Notes: generated from the sequence alone by a model not told the origin. A stretch of DNA of 64,000 nt from Dimorphilus gyrociliatus (GCA_904063045.1 CAJFCJ010000006.1:4728408-4792407), one strand, 5' to 3'; numbered from the stretch's first letter, positions 26,797-45,000 are shown. Numbers and translations: made by a program.

Positions 26797-27786
26797 GGAC
26801 GGCGTTTAGTCTTCTATAGCAATACGTATAATTTATAGGCTCGATACAAAAGTGAGATAAGCTCGAGTTTTTTTTTCATTTTAAAAGACAATCAAGAGAA
26901 AAATCTCTCCGTATCCCATACTCTCTTCCCATACCGTCTCTCTGCTGTTGTTTTTATTATATAAACGTCAATTGGAATTCTCTTTATATCAGAGTAAATT
27001 AAATTAACAGAAATATTATATAATAATCTGTTTTTTAAAAAAATGCCTCTTGTATTCTATTGAATTGGAAGGAGCTATTATCTTTTTATTTGCCTTCTTT
27101 TAAACACTCTAGAAGGAATGACGCCGTCAAATCGATAAATGCAATCGATATTCGATGGACGTTGTGCGATCCTGCACTCTACTCGATTCCACTGCATATG
27201 AATAAATTTATATGTGTTTATAGATGAATATTTATTTATATACAAATATCCATACTGCTTTTAAGATGGATATACAATACCATATTCACATTCGAATGTA
27301 TATTTATATATATATATGTCATAAAAAGTTTGATATAATGAATTTTTATACTGTTGAGTATGTTTATACGCTACATTTGAACAAAAAAGAAACACCCTTG
27401 TAGCTCTCCACTGAAAATAGGCGTCGAATTTCAACTTGGCGAAGTGTATAGTAATTGTATTCGTTTGTAGGGCTCTGTTATTGATTTCGTAAAAGATGCT
27501 GGTCTGTCGCAAGACTATTTCTGTGAATATTGTAAATAGTATACTGTACATATATTTTGACGTATTTATAATGCATACACGTGTACATTTATATAGGTGA
27601 CCTTTGTGTTTTTTATGGAAATAATCATTGTATTGAGTAAACGAAACGCCTGGACGCTCGAAACTAGCAGATTTCGATCCTGGACGAAAATTCGATAGAT
27701 ATTATGCGAAAGGGAAGCGACAGATGTCGCCGGCATATTGGCAAAAGGCGACATCTGCTAAGAAATGGGAAAATAAAAACGATATA

Positions 27787-27841
27787 GAGAGAGAGAGGGG
27801 AAGAGGAGAGAGGGAAAGAAGGGAGAGAGAGAGAGAGAGAG
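27787..27841. repeat. (GA)n purine-rich microsatellite
   Basis: Interrupted GA dinucleotide run. Confidence 0.8.
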
Positions 27842-28068
27842 TACTATTGTCAGTCACAAACTAAATGGGGATCGTACAAGATAAGCATTGGGTGTTATCA
27901 TTCGCATTTGACCTCAATAATTGAGCCTTTTCGGCGCGTCGTTCATTTCCTGTAATATATACAGTGTTTAATATACAACGTAATATCTTTCTTTCAAATA
28001 TTATGTTATAAATGCAAACGACATAAAAATGTGATATATATATATTTATATATAAATATAATATATAT

Positions 28069-28103
<35 letters not shown>

Positions 28104-29899
28104 CGAAATAATACTTGACTATTTTTCAGGTATTATATTTATATTTATTCGTATTTATTCATTCGTAGAGCTTTGGTTAATTACCGATATACGTCAGTCG
28201 TTTCAATTAAAAACGCGAACAGAATACACCTACAATAGACACCTTCAGCGTGAATGCGATCACACCTGAAAGCAATTAATTAGCATATGAAAAGGTCGGC
28301 TGCTAAATGGCGTTCGATATATATTGTTGCATTCTTTAGCAGAGCTCTATACAGCCTTACTATCCGTCCTATTAAAACGTCGTTGATCGAACGCTTTAAA
28401 CTTCATCGAACGCGGCGACAAAGGATTGTTTAATTCGAATGCTTTACGCTTCGTCGCCTTGATGATTCGTAATTTTTCGCCATTTCAGTTTAGGTGTATT
28501 TAATTTCTCGCTATATATAGAGCCATACCAGTCCACCACCACCCATTGTACCGCCCCTAAGGCAATAAAAATAAGGTAGCCAAACTCACCAGGAGCCTCA
28601 ATCGTTACCATATACATAGTTTTGTTTGTTATTTTTTATATAACTTTTAAGAAAGAATGGAGGATAAAAGAAATAAAAGGGTATTTTCATGCCTTTACGC
28701 AATACAATCCAGAAAAATACATCAATCAATTCCTTGTATTCCTTACAAGATTCAACGTCGTGGGAATTCGTGTCAAAAAGCGGTACGATCTCGCACCTGC
28801 ACCCTACGTTGTCTCCGCGGGAGTTAATCGTCTCGGCTCGTTTGCCGCAAATTATTATATGTTTATAGCGAATGGAGGCGCGGAAATGGAACTTTTCATC
28901 CATCAACTCCTGCCTTTTTTTTTTCTTAAGAGCAGGAAGTTCGCCTTCGTCGATCACCCAGTTAATAGATTTCTTTATTGAAAAACTATAGTATAGATAA
29001 TAAACTAATTTAGTCGAACAACTCTCGACTTTTCATGTTTTTCTTCAGTAGGAAGAGTCTTACAAAACTACTACACATCTGCTCTTATCAGTAATTATCT
29101 TATCGAGTTGTAGAAATGAAGGTGTCTGATATACGACTACTTTTCTTTTTTGAGAGCGTATGCAAATTTATTTGATACTTACCTTTACATCTGTTTTATT
29201 ATTAATATAACTACCATGTATATAAAGTGTGTGTATACAACAAGAAAATTAATGAGTGGGGTAGCAGGCGTTGTCAAGGAGACAAGGATGAGCCGGGTCG
29301 TCGCCACTTTATATGTTATTGTATCGTTCAAATCCTTAGCTGACAAACTGTCGGATTTGTTTCGGACGAATAATGTTTGTTCAGCTTTGTTCCACCGACT
29401 TGGAGCTGAAAAAGTTGAAAAGCTAGTCAAGCTTCCTGCTAATAAATAAGAATCGGTCGATTTTCTTTACATTCTCTCTATAATAGAAGGCGATCGGCTT
29501 TCTTTTTATTCTCTTAAGCCGGGTGTATTTATAGTTATTATGCGTTTATATAAACTTTATATATATATCTTTATATATTAAACAAATCTACCGATTTTTT
29601 CGATTGTTCAAAAGTATTCCACAAGCGTCTAATAGTATACGCTGGGCGGACTCTGCGCAGGCGACACGGAATATACATGTGCAGAAATTGTGCATTCCTT
29701 TTAATTCATAACATTTCGCACTACACTTCATACATATGTATAGAACAGCACTGAACAATATATCTATACATCAGGCACAAAATAAAGGCTTATATAATAT
29801 TCATTGTAATAACAGATCCGTCGACTGCTTATAAATTAACGACGTATAAGTTTTTATACAGATTTAATCGACCGTACGCATGCATACCTTTACATCTTT

Positions 29900-29952
29900 T
29901 ATATATATATATATATAGTAGATGCATATTTATAATTATATATATATATATG

Positions 29953-29996
<44 letters not shown>

Positions 29997-30070
29997 TATT
30001 AAGGTATATTCAGCATATCTATATATATCTATATATATAGATATATGTAGATATACTTATTTATATATTT
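29900..30070. repeat. Compound (TA)n microsatellite in the Nkx6 3' region
   Basis: Long interrupted TA runs. Confidence 0.85.
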
Positions 30071-30152
30071 ATATAGCATATATTGTTTATATATACAGTA
30101 CACATTAATGTAAAAAATAAATATATTGATAAAAATAAACAAACAGTAAGCG

Positions 30153-33489
<3,337 letters not shown>

Positions 33490-33646
33490 GTTTTTATTTA
33501 TAGCCGAAAAGTATTCATATCCCGTATAAATATGTGTAGATTATCTTTCTATAGCGCGTCTCGCACCGGTTAAATGATAGCGTTCGATTTGTTGATCGCG
33601 CTTCAAGCAGTCTGCCTCATAAATATGCATACAGCCCTCTCTGGTC

Positions 33647-33687
33647 GCTGATTGGCTAGAGAGGCGATTGCTTTATATCCAATCAGC
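33647..33687 (-). promoter_or_regulatory. Nkx6 proximal promoter: inverted CCAAT pair flanking a TATA-like element
   Basis: gctgattgg (33647-55) and ccaatcagc (33679-87) form a 9-bp inverted repeat. ATATAAA lies on the minus strand at 33672-78, about 180 nt upstream of the ATG. Confidence 0.4.
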
Positions 33688-34893
33688 GTGCGCTAGTCCT
33701 TTGTTGAAAGATGATTGAGTTGCGCTCGACTCTTTTCTTTCTCATTCTTAGTCATAATTGTGAATTTTTTTTGAAACATAGCGTATGTTTAAAAGACTAC
33801 GGGTGGCCTCCTTTACCGATTATTTATTACGATTGCACGAAACGAAGCTATATATAAGGGTTTAATCTATATACGCATATAAATAAGAATGATATTAACG
33901 GGTTATATAAGGGCGCTAATTGAGCGTTTATTCGGGGTTAAGTGAGGTGTGTGTAGGCGTATACGCATGGAAAAAGTTTGAAAAAAGCATTCACCCTCGA
34001 CCGCAAACAGATGAGAAACAAATGAATCTGGCAATAGTGCAGCAGCGCGGCCTTTCTTGCCCTCGGGCTCATCAATTTTACTGACGGACGCCCTCAGATT
34101 AAGTTGCGATGTTTTGCAGTTGCGCCCCAAAAGCCCATGCAGCTGCATGATAAAGACGAATATCTGGCTGTAAACATAATAATTGGCTATGAAACACAAG
34201 TAAAGGAGAAGATTTAATGATATCTCACCGGGCCAACGAGCACAGGTGCATCAAGAATGCGTTTGGAACGTTTGAGTATTACGCTTGCTAAACACATTAA
34301 CCTCTCATTAATTACCCGACCATTGACAGTTTTATATTCGAACGTGTGCGAATTTAAAGGCGATGTCAATGACGCGAAATGCTCTTCGTCTTTCTCTTCA
34401 CTCTGTCTCTTTCTGTTTGCTACGTCCCTCTCTCTCTTTTAAACTGCTCTAAAACTCTCTCTATTCTTTCTTTTTTTTTTAACTAGAAAGGGATATTTTA
34501 CAGAAGGCCATAGCGTCTCTCCCTGAAGAGCAATGTCGACGTCTAGAATCCAATTGTACGGAAAGACGTGCGGCTAATTAATTTGCATAAGGCGACGTTC
34601 TATGCATAAAGAAGTGCGTAATTTAGCGCAATTAGGCTGATTGTTTCAGATAATCGTTGGAAAGAGGGTGGAATATTTCTGATATTTTTGAATTTATATT
34701 CAGATTAAACGACGCTCGAGCTTATCCTATCTACGATCTGAATTTGACGGTATTAACGCCGAATTGCGAAAGCAGGTGTCGCGTAATTGCGAATACTTGA
34801 TATGTCGACCGTTTCTTAATTTATTACCGATTTATGACTTTATTGTTCACAAACATATAATCAAAAAAAAAATCTCAAAACGCCCCCTGTCTT

Positions 34894-35748
34894 CTAAACG
34901 CAAGTATCTGGTACATCATTACCATCAAAATAAATTAGTAAACTACCCGAACTCTCGCTGTCTCGCCTTTCCGAGGAGTTAAGTAAAGCAGTGGTCTCCT
35001 GCTGAGAACTGGACGAGTCAAACGAGTCAACGCTTGGCGCCGATTGGAGGAGGGGTGACTCTGGAGGGGATTTCTTGGCCGAGTGTTGCTTTTGTCGAGC
35101 TATTCGACCCCTTACGCCGCTGCTAGATTGTGCACTATCCTCCTGCGATTTACTCTTAGGAACAAAACGAGTTCGAGCCTTTTCCTTTTCCGTAGGCGTT
35201 TCGTCCAGCACTTTGTCGGCGCTCGTTAACTCCGTTGTTGGCATTGAACGCATTTGTAGTGGTCCTTTAACGGTAGCACTTCGCATTATACTACCTGTTG
35301 ACACCAGAAAATATATAAATATATAAATATATAAATATACCATGTTCATGTGTGCTATATCTTATCTATTGATTCTTTTATAGACAGCTTTACCTGATAT
35401 CCAATTCGTTCCTTTAATAGTACTTTTATTCCTCTTCACTTTGAAAGTCTTCCGACTCCTTGCATCCGCCCTTTGCAATCTGTGCATGACTGGATCGGTG
35501 TTTACCCTTTGCTCCCCATTCGACGCGTCGTCGACGCCTTCTCCATCGCCGTCTAGAGAATTAATATCAAAATATTGTGTACAAGAGAAGTGTTTTCGGG
35601 TTATAGAAAAAATTAGGTCAATCAAAACGATCACCCCACTTTAGGCATTGTGTACAAACCCACTCATTTTGACAAAATAGGTATCGAAGTTTCTTGGTTT
35701 CTTGTTCTTTTATACTATATTATTATTATTGTTATATATATATATTAT

Positions 35749-35792
<44 letters not shown>

Positions 35793-38700
35793 CCAATATT
35801 TATATATTTAAATATATATACATATATATATATATAAACATAGATAGATATAACTTTTCAGTGTGTAAAAGACTTCTATTTATAAACTTACATTCTGTAT
35901 AAGAACTATATATACTAAAGTACATATATAGATAGATATACAGTATATATACTTTATATATATATATATATAAGAAAATACTATAGAAAAGAGAAAGTAC
36001 TATATTTAATATATCAGCACATATTTATAATTATATACAAGTATATACAGTACAAAAGTTGTACATTTGTAGTCTAATTAACTATCAATAATCGTATATA
36101 TTAGTATATAATATATACTCATTTATCTTTATATTTATGTGCAAATATAACTTTACTAGAATGGAAAAGTATAAAATGCAGCGAGCGGGAAGAGTTTAAT
36201 GGTGATATAAAGTTAGTGAATTATGTATTAATAGTTTTTTTGTTCGCACGCATGCGCAATTTGTGTAACATAGATAAATGAAAAAAAAAACAAAGCATGC
36301 AGATAGATATAAAGAAAAAAGGAGAAGTTTGATGGAAAGATAAAAGAAAGAAAAAAGAGAAAAACGAAAGAAAATGCAATTTTTTTTTTGCTCGTTTTGA
36401 TCTGTACAACCTGCATTGTCGCTCTCGTAGATTGCTTCTTGTTTCACAAAGTAGCATCTTTGGTGATGGATGCTAGCTTGACGGCACAATTGCTTCCTTT
36501 TCGATCCGACGATGCGTAGTACGTCCTCGACGCCGGCGTCATCTAGCGTTTTTTTGCAAATCGTTTTTTTTTCTCTCTTTCTCTCCGAACACATGCACAA
36601 GAGAAAACATCAAGACGCAAACCTCTTTTTATAACCATTACGCAATCATTTAGAAAAAAAATATAATTGAATTACGTAATGGTATAAAATATATTGCTAT
36701 TTTGTTTTTCTTTTTTTTTTTTGTTAAGCTTTCGGTAACAATAAAGGCATCAAAGTCCACCAAAAAAGAAAAAATAGGAAAATTTACAAATTAAAAGGAG
36801 AAAAATAAAAAAAAAGTTTTACAAAACTCTTGTTGGTGTGTGTTTGTGCGCTCTAAAGATTTTAGAAAGATTTATGCAAACTTAAAAAAGAAAAGAGATT
36901 AAGATAAAAATATCTTCATCTTCAGTTTTAAAATATAAAGAAAATATAAAAAATATAACAAAAACAGTTAAAATGAAAAAAACAATAAAAATCTATATAT
37001 AACAAAGTTAATATCTTTTTCTATTTTAAGGGCGTTTACTTAAAAAATGGCGGTAAAATTTTATTCACCTTGTTTCCTTTCCCCATTCCCTCCTTTATTT
37101 TTTTTTATGGACGGTTGTATACTTTCTATATAACTTATGTACAAGACTTTCATTAAGTGTGTATGTAGTGGTGTATATGTTTGCAACAAAAAAAAAAGAA
37201 AAAAATAAGAAAAAACAGAAAAAGAAAAAGTAAACGTTGTTTTTTTTTTAAAAAAAAAGAAAAAAAACGTCTCTTTTCTTTTTTCTTACAATTTTAGAAG
37301 AAAACTTTCGTTGTAAAAATTTTTGATATAACAAAAGAAATTCTTTATAAATTGACCGTTAAATGTTTAAATAGTTTTAAAAATATTATTAATTATTAAT
37401 TAATTAATTAGAATATTACGTCACATGGAAAATACTCTAAATTACTTTTAAAATTAGTCTGATATTATGACTCTTGTTTTTTTTTGTATATATATAAAAA
37501 AAGTTTAATTAAAGAAAAACGAACCTTCGTCGGCATTGACCATAAAGAAATGTTCCAAAATAGCATGACCATCCGTCGCCTTTATTCTATTATTCGCCTT
37601 GGCTTTAATTGCTGGGTTTGATTTCATATTAACAAGACTTTCGACGCTTTTCGGGACGTTTCCGTTGTTTGAAGCATTGGAGGCGGTAGCGGTACCTGCT
37701 TTTAAGGGAAAATAAAAAAGGTGGTCGGTGTCTTTGTACCTGACGCTAATTGCTCGTTAATAACATTTGGGACAATGGGAAAAGCGTCAAAACGAAATAT
37801 ATATTCGCCCTTTGACATCGTTTAAACATTGTGTGATCTAATTAATTCCTAGTCAATACGTGTGACAATTAATCTATTTATCGCCGTGGTTGGCAACTCA
37901 CTCCTAAACGAAACAACAAAAAACTGAAAAGAAACCTATAATTATGAACGTTCAACCAAAAAACGAACCTGATTTAACTTCTTCTCCGGCTTTGTCGATA
38001 CTTTCTAAAAAGGTTCATTTTTGTTTTTTTTTCTCTTAATTTGTCTCAGTCGTATAAGTAATGAAAAGGGAAGGGGAAAAAAAGAAAGGAAAAAGGCAAA
38101 AAGGGTAAATCGTAAATCATACGCGAAATAATAAAAGGTCAAGAGGGTTAAACACTATAAGAGAAATTTTTCCCTTTCTTTCTTTCTTTTTTTCACCGTT
38201 AGTCTTTTTTTTTATGGGAAAAGCAAGGAAAAATTGAACTAACCTCCTCCAAAACTGGACTGGGGAGTTAGAAATCTCGGTGAAACGACTTGATTTGTAG
38301 AAGACGTTTCTGCAGGTGCCTGTTGTTCCAACAAGTCGAGCATACTGGCAGATTTGCTAACAGCGCTCTGATTGCTAACGATTGTTGTAGTTCTAGGACG
38401 GAAATCACCGGAAGAAGATAATTCCAATTTTATTTGTTTTAGTTGCATCGCTAAGTCTATTAGTATTGTTCCTTTGCTTTTCGGTACTACGGACCCTTCA
38501 CCTTGTAATTTCTGGTGTACAGCTTGTTGAATGTAATATTCGTCCCCACTATCACAAATCATTTTCATCATCTGTCGATCATAGTGATTCAAAAGATAAT
38601 AAGTACGATTTTATAACAATATTACATCATTGCTTACTAACCCTATACTGAATGAATGGTTGCATAAGGATTGTTAGTGCTGTTTTATAGGAGACAATAA

Positions 38701-41700
38701 AATCTATAAACCTCCAGACGGCCAATCCGCCGGTTTTAGTGCAAATTGCTGAAATGGTTTTGGCCATTTCAAACCAATGATTAGAAAGCTCCTTTTCGTA
38801 GCAAACTATCATTATCCTTAAACCGAGGAATATTATCTCTAAAGTTCCCTCTTTGATGGTCTCTTTTTCTTTCTTAGCCGGATAGGCCGTACCGGATGTT
38901 CTACTCATATCTCCAACACCAAAGTGCTGACTTCTATTGGCCCCGCTAACAGAAGACGATTGTTGTTTATGGGGTGGCACTAAGGCGTGTAGAAGGATGG
39001 TAAGTGCGAAGGAAATGTCAGAGTTCCTCATTTTTGGCGAATCTCTCCTCCCACATCCCATTCGTATGCATAATGGAAGAATAAGATTAACGAGCATGTT
39101 GGTCGTTTTTTCCGGTGAAAAAACAGTTATGTTGCCGCAAATTTGTGCAAGAGAGAACTGGTCCTGTAAAGAAAATTCCAAACTCGATAAGAAAAATAGG
39201 GACTTAAATTGGTTGCAAACTTACGCCTAAAGCTTGCATTTGCATAGCGGTTAACTTAATAGCCGCCGAACAGAAATAGGGCGGTGTAATTATCCTCGGG
39301 AAGGAATCCATTTTACTAGCATTTGAACTAATTTCGTTTGCAGGAATGGATGATGATTCGTCCGCCAATATAATGTTTATGCAAGCGCTTATCAAGTTCT
39401 TAAGATTACCAACAACGGCAACATATTTGAAATGAATTAGTGTATCGTATAGACCTTTTAGTAAATTCCCAGCAGCATCCCAATCCATGTTCCTCTGCAA
39501 TTATGAGCAAACAATGAAAAAAAAGGGGAAAAATAAGAGAGAAAAAGAGCGAGTTAATAATTTAAAAGAAACGCTCTTTCCTATTAGATTTGCCAATTTC
39601 TATTTTATTTCACTTACCCTTAGAGCAGGTTTTTTATAAATCTTATAAAAAAGCCTATCCATTCTTCGTAAAATTAAATTTAAAGCTGGTCTATTCGATT
39701 CCAGTGACCAGTCAGTAATTGGTAGTATATCTGTGGTATATCTTTGCAATCCAGGACAAGACATTGTTGCTGAATTGTAAGGAGCAATCTTTAGAAGCGT
39801 ATGCGCCACTTCCCCTAATCTCTATATCAATATATGAAAAAGGAAAGAATAAGCGTTGTTTAATTGTATTTTATTACAATGTAAGAATTTTGTTTGTTTA
39901 TTTACATTATGTGTTTTCGGATCCAAAAGTTGGGGTATTCTGAATGACGGATCGGCTACTATTTTCCGAAGAATTTTCAACCTCTTATGACATTCTACAT
40001 AAAAGTGAGTAACAATAACCAACAGGCAATTTCTGGGCTTCCTAAATGCTAAAATTGATGCCTCTATATCATCCTCTGAATGTACAGCGTAACGCCCGGT
40101 TCTACCCGGACCTTGCCGATTTGGAACAGAACCTCTTCCCTCCTCCATTAACCTATTGTGAGAGTGTAAACGAAATATATCCTCTAATACCGTAAATAAA
40201 GATTCTAAACATTAAAAATTTACTAAATGAAAATAACTTACACAGCAGTAAAGCGAATGTCTGATAATTCATCCGGATAAATGGATGGACGATGGTGATG
40301 GTTATGATTATGAGTTAATTTGACACTCGTATTAACCGTTTCCAAGTGTCTTTGTGGTGCACTAAAGTTCCTGATAAGAATTGACATATATCAATTAATT
40401 TCCTTATAGAATGATTAACGATTTTTTTTGGCTAAGATAAGCGTTTATACCTTGTAAACGGTTCGCAACTCATTACTAAAGCTTTTACACTAACTGCAAG
40501 GTTTGATATAGCTGTCACCTCTTCTTTGGCTGCTGTAACGCTGTCTAATTTATCCGTTTGCTTCGCTAAATGATTTAAATATTGGGGTAACAACGCCTCT
40601 AAAACGGTCTGAAATAAAAGATATAATAAAAATAAATATACTTAAATGTTGTACCTGTACATATCTTACGTAATAAACTTAATTTAAGTATACACTTACC
40701 AACATCTGCATGGATCTAGGAGAATCTGGGGCATAGGCAACCACAGTTACACACATATTAATAGAGTCGATCATCTGGAAGGCGTCGGGATCTTCTGTAT
40801 AGCATAGATCGAGGGCGGAAAGGGGTAGGGAGCCGTTGACGAGGTCAAGTATTTCTAATACGTCGGGACAATCAGTTTCCAGAGAGAGTAAGAGTTCGAA
40901 TAGGCACTTTGGATCAATCTTGCTTACGTGCACGTCTGCTGAACTCTTATCCATATCCAACAAGGGGGCTAAACTACCAAATGTCTGCAGCATGAATGGC
41001 TTACGATGCATCGTATAAAACGAACGACAAGCAAATTCTATGGCTTGACGAACTGCGCAATTGGGACGACTAGATGTGTAGACTTGTAGAATAGAGGGCA
41101 TGATGAAGAAGAAACCATTAATAGAAAACACCTGCTTAAAGTGCCTAGAGGCGTTCAAATATGTTGCCAAGCAACAACGGAGCATCGCCGTATCTTCGCA
41201 ATGTAGTAGAAGAGTTCCATTAATAACATTGAGAAAGAGAGGGAGATCACCGTCAGCAGTTACCGTTGTCGACATTGACATAAATAGAACTTGAATCAAC
41301 TAAATGACATAATTTACACATTAGACATGGTTTAAGCTTACAAAATGAATGAAGGACTAACCCTTGCCCAAGCGTATTTATGCATCATATCTAAACCATA
41401 TAGCTCTTTACCCAATTTACCTCTATGTAATGATAGATCACTCTCAAGAGCTTTCCTCGGGAAGGTTGGTAATTTCAGTAGCTCTTCTTGCAGGAATGAA
41501 ACACTACTGACCAATTGTTGTTGGGAATGAGTTTGCAGGACGGCCATCGTAAAGAGAACCTTGCCCAATTCAGCTGCCTTTAAACTAGCAGCATGCATTT
41601 GCAAGGTATTGAAAGCGTCGTTCGGTTGCATATGAACTAAACTCAGTTGAGGATACATATTCCTTCGGAAGAAATAGAAATCTCTTACGTAAGCGTCACC

Positions 41701-41994
41701 ATGATGAATTTGATCTGTAACAATATTATTTATGAATAGTATCGCCATTGAATACAATTTATTATTTTTATATACGAGTTTTAGCATCCATTAGAAAGTA
41801 TTCGTTGTGCTGTTCCTGTGCGATACTGAAGAATTCGAGACTGTCAGAGAGAATTTGATGGAACTGGGTATCCTCGTCAATGGGATATTGAGAAGGAATA
41901 GATGACAAATCTGGTCCATGCACAATTAATTTTTTGGCACTTGGTACAATGGCAGTAATTAATAGAGTGGTCTATTGTAGAAGTGAAATAGGAG

Positions 41995-42035
<41 letters not shown>

Positions 42036-45000
42036 AATAGGGAAAAAATAATTTAATTAGTTTTATTTTTTATATCTATTAGTTTCTTTATTATTCTTAC
42101 TTCGCACTGCTCCTTTCGTAAAGTTTGTTTTAAATCTCTAAAACATACACCATGAACGCTCGGTACTAACTGCCATAGAAAGGATAATGCTCTTGCTATA
42201 GCCTCGTTACCACCCTCAGCAGGAGATCTAACATAGAACATAATGAATCCAACCTGCAAAATGATAAAATTCATTTATTGCTTTACCAATGGAATCTCAT
42301 TAAAAACATCTTACCAAGTAATTGAAAACGTTATGAGCCGATTGGGCAGGTATCGATTGTAGGTGGAACAGCAGTTTTCTCAGCAAGAATATCAGCTCCT
42401 CCTGGTTTTTATTTCGATTTATTAATTTTTTTTAGGTTAATTAATTAAGAATGAAAGTGAATTAGATGAAATACAAAACTAACTTGTTTATCTCGATGCG
42501 TGATTTTTTCTAAAAATGTCCTGAGGAAGAGAGGAGTATCTTCTACGAGGCAATACCATACTACTTTCTCGGCAACTTGGGAAACAGAAATACCATCGCT
42601 TCCGACATCCAAGTCGTCGAGTAAATGGATTATTGGAAGAGCCGCCGCACAGACGAATGACGGAAAAAACGCCTGGCATAGTTGCATATGTTGAGAATGA
42701 GGATGTTCCACCCTGTCCTCTTCAGCTGAAAGACAAACTTAAGAAATAAGTATGGTATTTCTAGTTTCCTCTAGATAAGTAGACGTTCAGTATCCGGTAA
42801 TGGATAATATAATTTATAAAAGTAATAGAAATAATGAATAGAAGATACCATTACAGAATCGTCTACTCATCTATTTAGATTGTGCTTGTTTTTTCTTTGA
42901 AAAATTTCTCTAGAACAATGCATATGAAGAGTATTATTTGTGAAAACTAGGAACTAATAGTATAGTTGGATACCTGGATAAGTGTTGTGGTTTGAAAAAA
43001 AAAAAACACAAACACCCACACACCCAAACGCTCATGACATGTCAACTTGTACAAAACATACACTTACATACAGGAAAGTATGTTTTTTTTATATATGTGA
43101 ACAGAAAGATATCATATACTAAACTGATAATAAAACTATCAATAAAGTATATGAAAAAAACTCCCCCGATTAGTAAAGCATAACCAATCATAATCGAGTG
43201 TGAAATTTTCCTTTTTAAAATTAATTTAGAGAGAATTTTAAGACTTTGTATAATAAATAAAACATGAACAACATGCATGGAATATTTTGGTTCCTCCGGA
43301 AGTTATCTAAAAGATATAAGAAAGGTTTGTGAAGAAAAAAGAAAAGAAAAACAGCAATAAGAATCAGGCAAAAAAAAAATGAGAGAAAAAAACCAATAGC
43401 CTTTTTTGAGAGTTTTTTTAAAGGTTTTAATTTTTCTACCTTCGAAAATGGTAGGTCGACCCCATTGCAGGACGGAACCTTGCCGCCAACTGGGATTACG
43501 GCCAATGGGCGCAGTACTTGTTCGATTTACCATAGAAGATGTTGGAGCAACCGACATTCTCCTTGCCGCCGCAACCGTCAACTCTTCCGGAACTGGTGTC
43601 GCTGTTTTATAATTGTTTAATTTGTTTGGCAAAGAAAAAAGAAACAATCAAACTGCTAATTAAAAAAATGACTGGTTAAGAAGTTGATCATTCTATACTT
43701 ATTTGTGTATAAACATATATATATATATATATATGTTTATACACAAGTTCAAGGTTATCTGTCAGCTTTCTTTTTCTGCCACAAAGTGAAAAAGTTAATC
43801 TTACAAAAAAAGTTAAAAATAACAAAAAGTTAAAAAATTTACGCAAAATGCACGAAAAAAGGAACAGTTTAAAAAATTCAAAAATTGGCAAAAAAATACC
43901 TATGGATTATTAATTTAAAAAAGCCATCAAAACAAACGGGTATCAGTATATATTCGTATATCTTATTTTTTTTGTCCTCATTAACAGTATTGTATACAAT
44001 GAAAAAAATAGCTAAAAGAAAAAAAGAAGATGAAAATTATCTCCACATACAATACACAAAGGTATAAAACCGTATACCAAATACTGTTAGAATTCTTTTC
44101 GAATACCATATATACTGCCAAAAAACTCATGATATATATATATATTATATATATACTATAAGTATATATATACAGTATATAGATATATATATATTTACGG
44201 AAAAAAATCTCTATGCATACATATATGTATATAGACATACAAAGGAAAGCTTAAGATATGTATATATATTTTAGTATATACATATTATAAATATAGACGA
44301 CTGTGATGAAAAAATATAAAAAAAAAAATAAAAAAGTCACTTAAAAAATTGTTTGTCAAAAATTCGATGGAAAAATTTAAACTCCAAAAGTTAAATAAAA
44401 AGTATATTAAAGATATTATATTATTTGTAGTTAGAGATCATTTATAAAAAGGCCTCTTTTTTTTAAACAAAAATTAGAAACATACCATCATCGTATTCGT
44501 TTGTGTCTCCGTGATGTAAAGCTGGTTCGTAGGCAGCCAAATAATTTACTGGAACGGATGTTACGTGAAAATTCTCTCTTGCTGATTTCCTCCTATCTTC
44601 TTCGGCTATTAGAGCTCTATTTAACATCTCTTGTTGTTGTTTTCTCCTAGTTGTGGTTGCAGTTACAAATGTTTTCTATAGAAGGTTATTATCGTTTGTC
44701 AATTGCTTTCGTATTATGTTTGTTTATTTTTAGTTACCGTTTCTTCTTCGTTTAGAGTGACCTCCTCAACTTTGGTCTTGAAATGAGGCAACCAAGGAGG
44801 ATCAATAACGTTTAAACAAGGTAAACCAATTGTAGGCGAAGGTTGAACAAAGTCGATGGACGGAGGTGGAACTTTGAAAAACATATTGGAACCGTCCTCC
44901 ATTCTTGGCCAAACTTGATGTCTAAACTTCCAAAGAACGTGAAATCTTAGGACAGCATTAATACGTTGATTAGTATCCTGATGTTGTAGTTCTTTAATCA

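Noticed and set aside
42961-42980. ccag|GTATCC as a U12 donor or recursive splice site in UNC80
   Set aside because: It lacks the GTATCCTT U12 consensus and there is no supporting branch signal.
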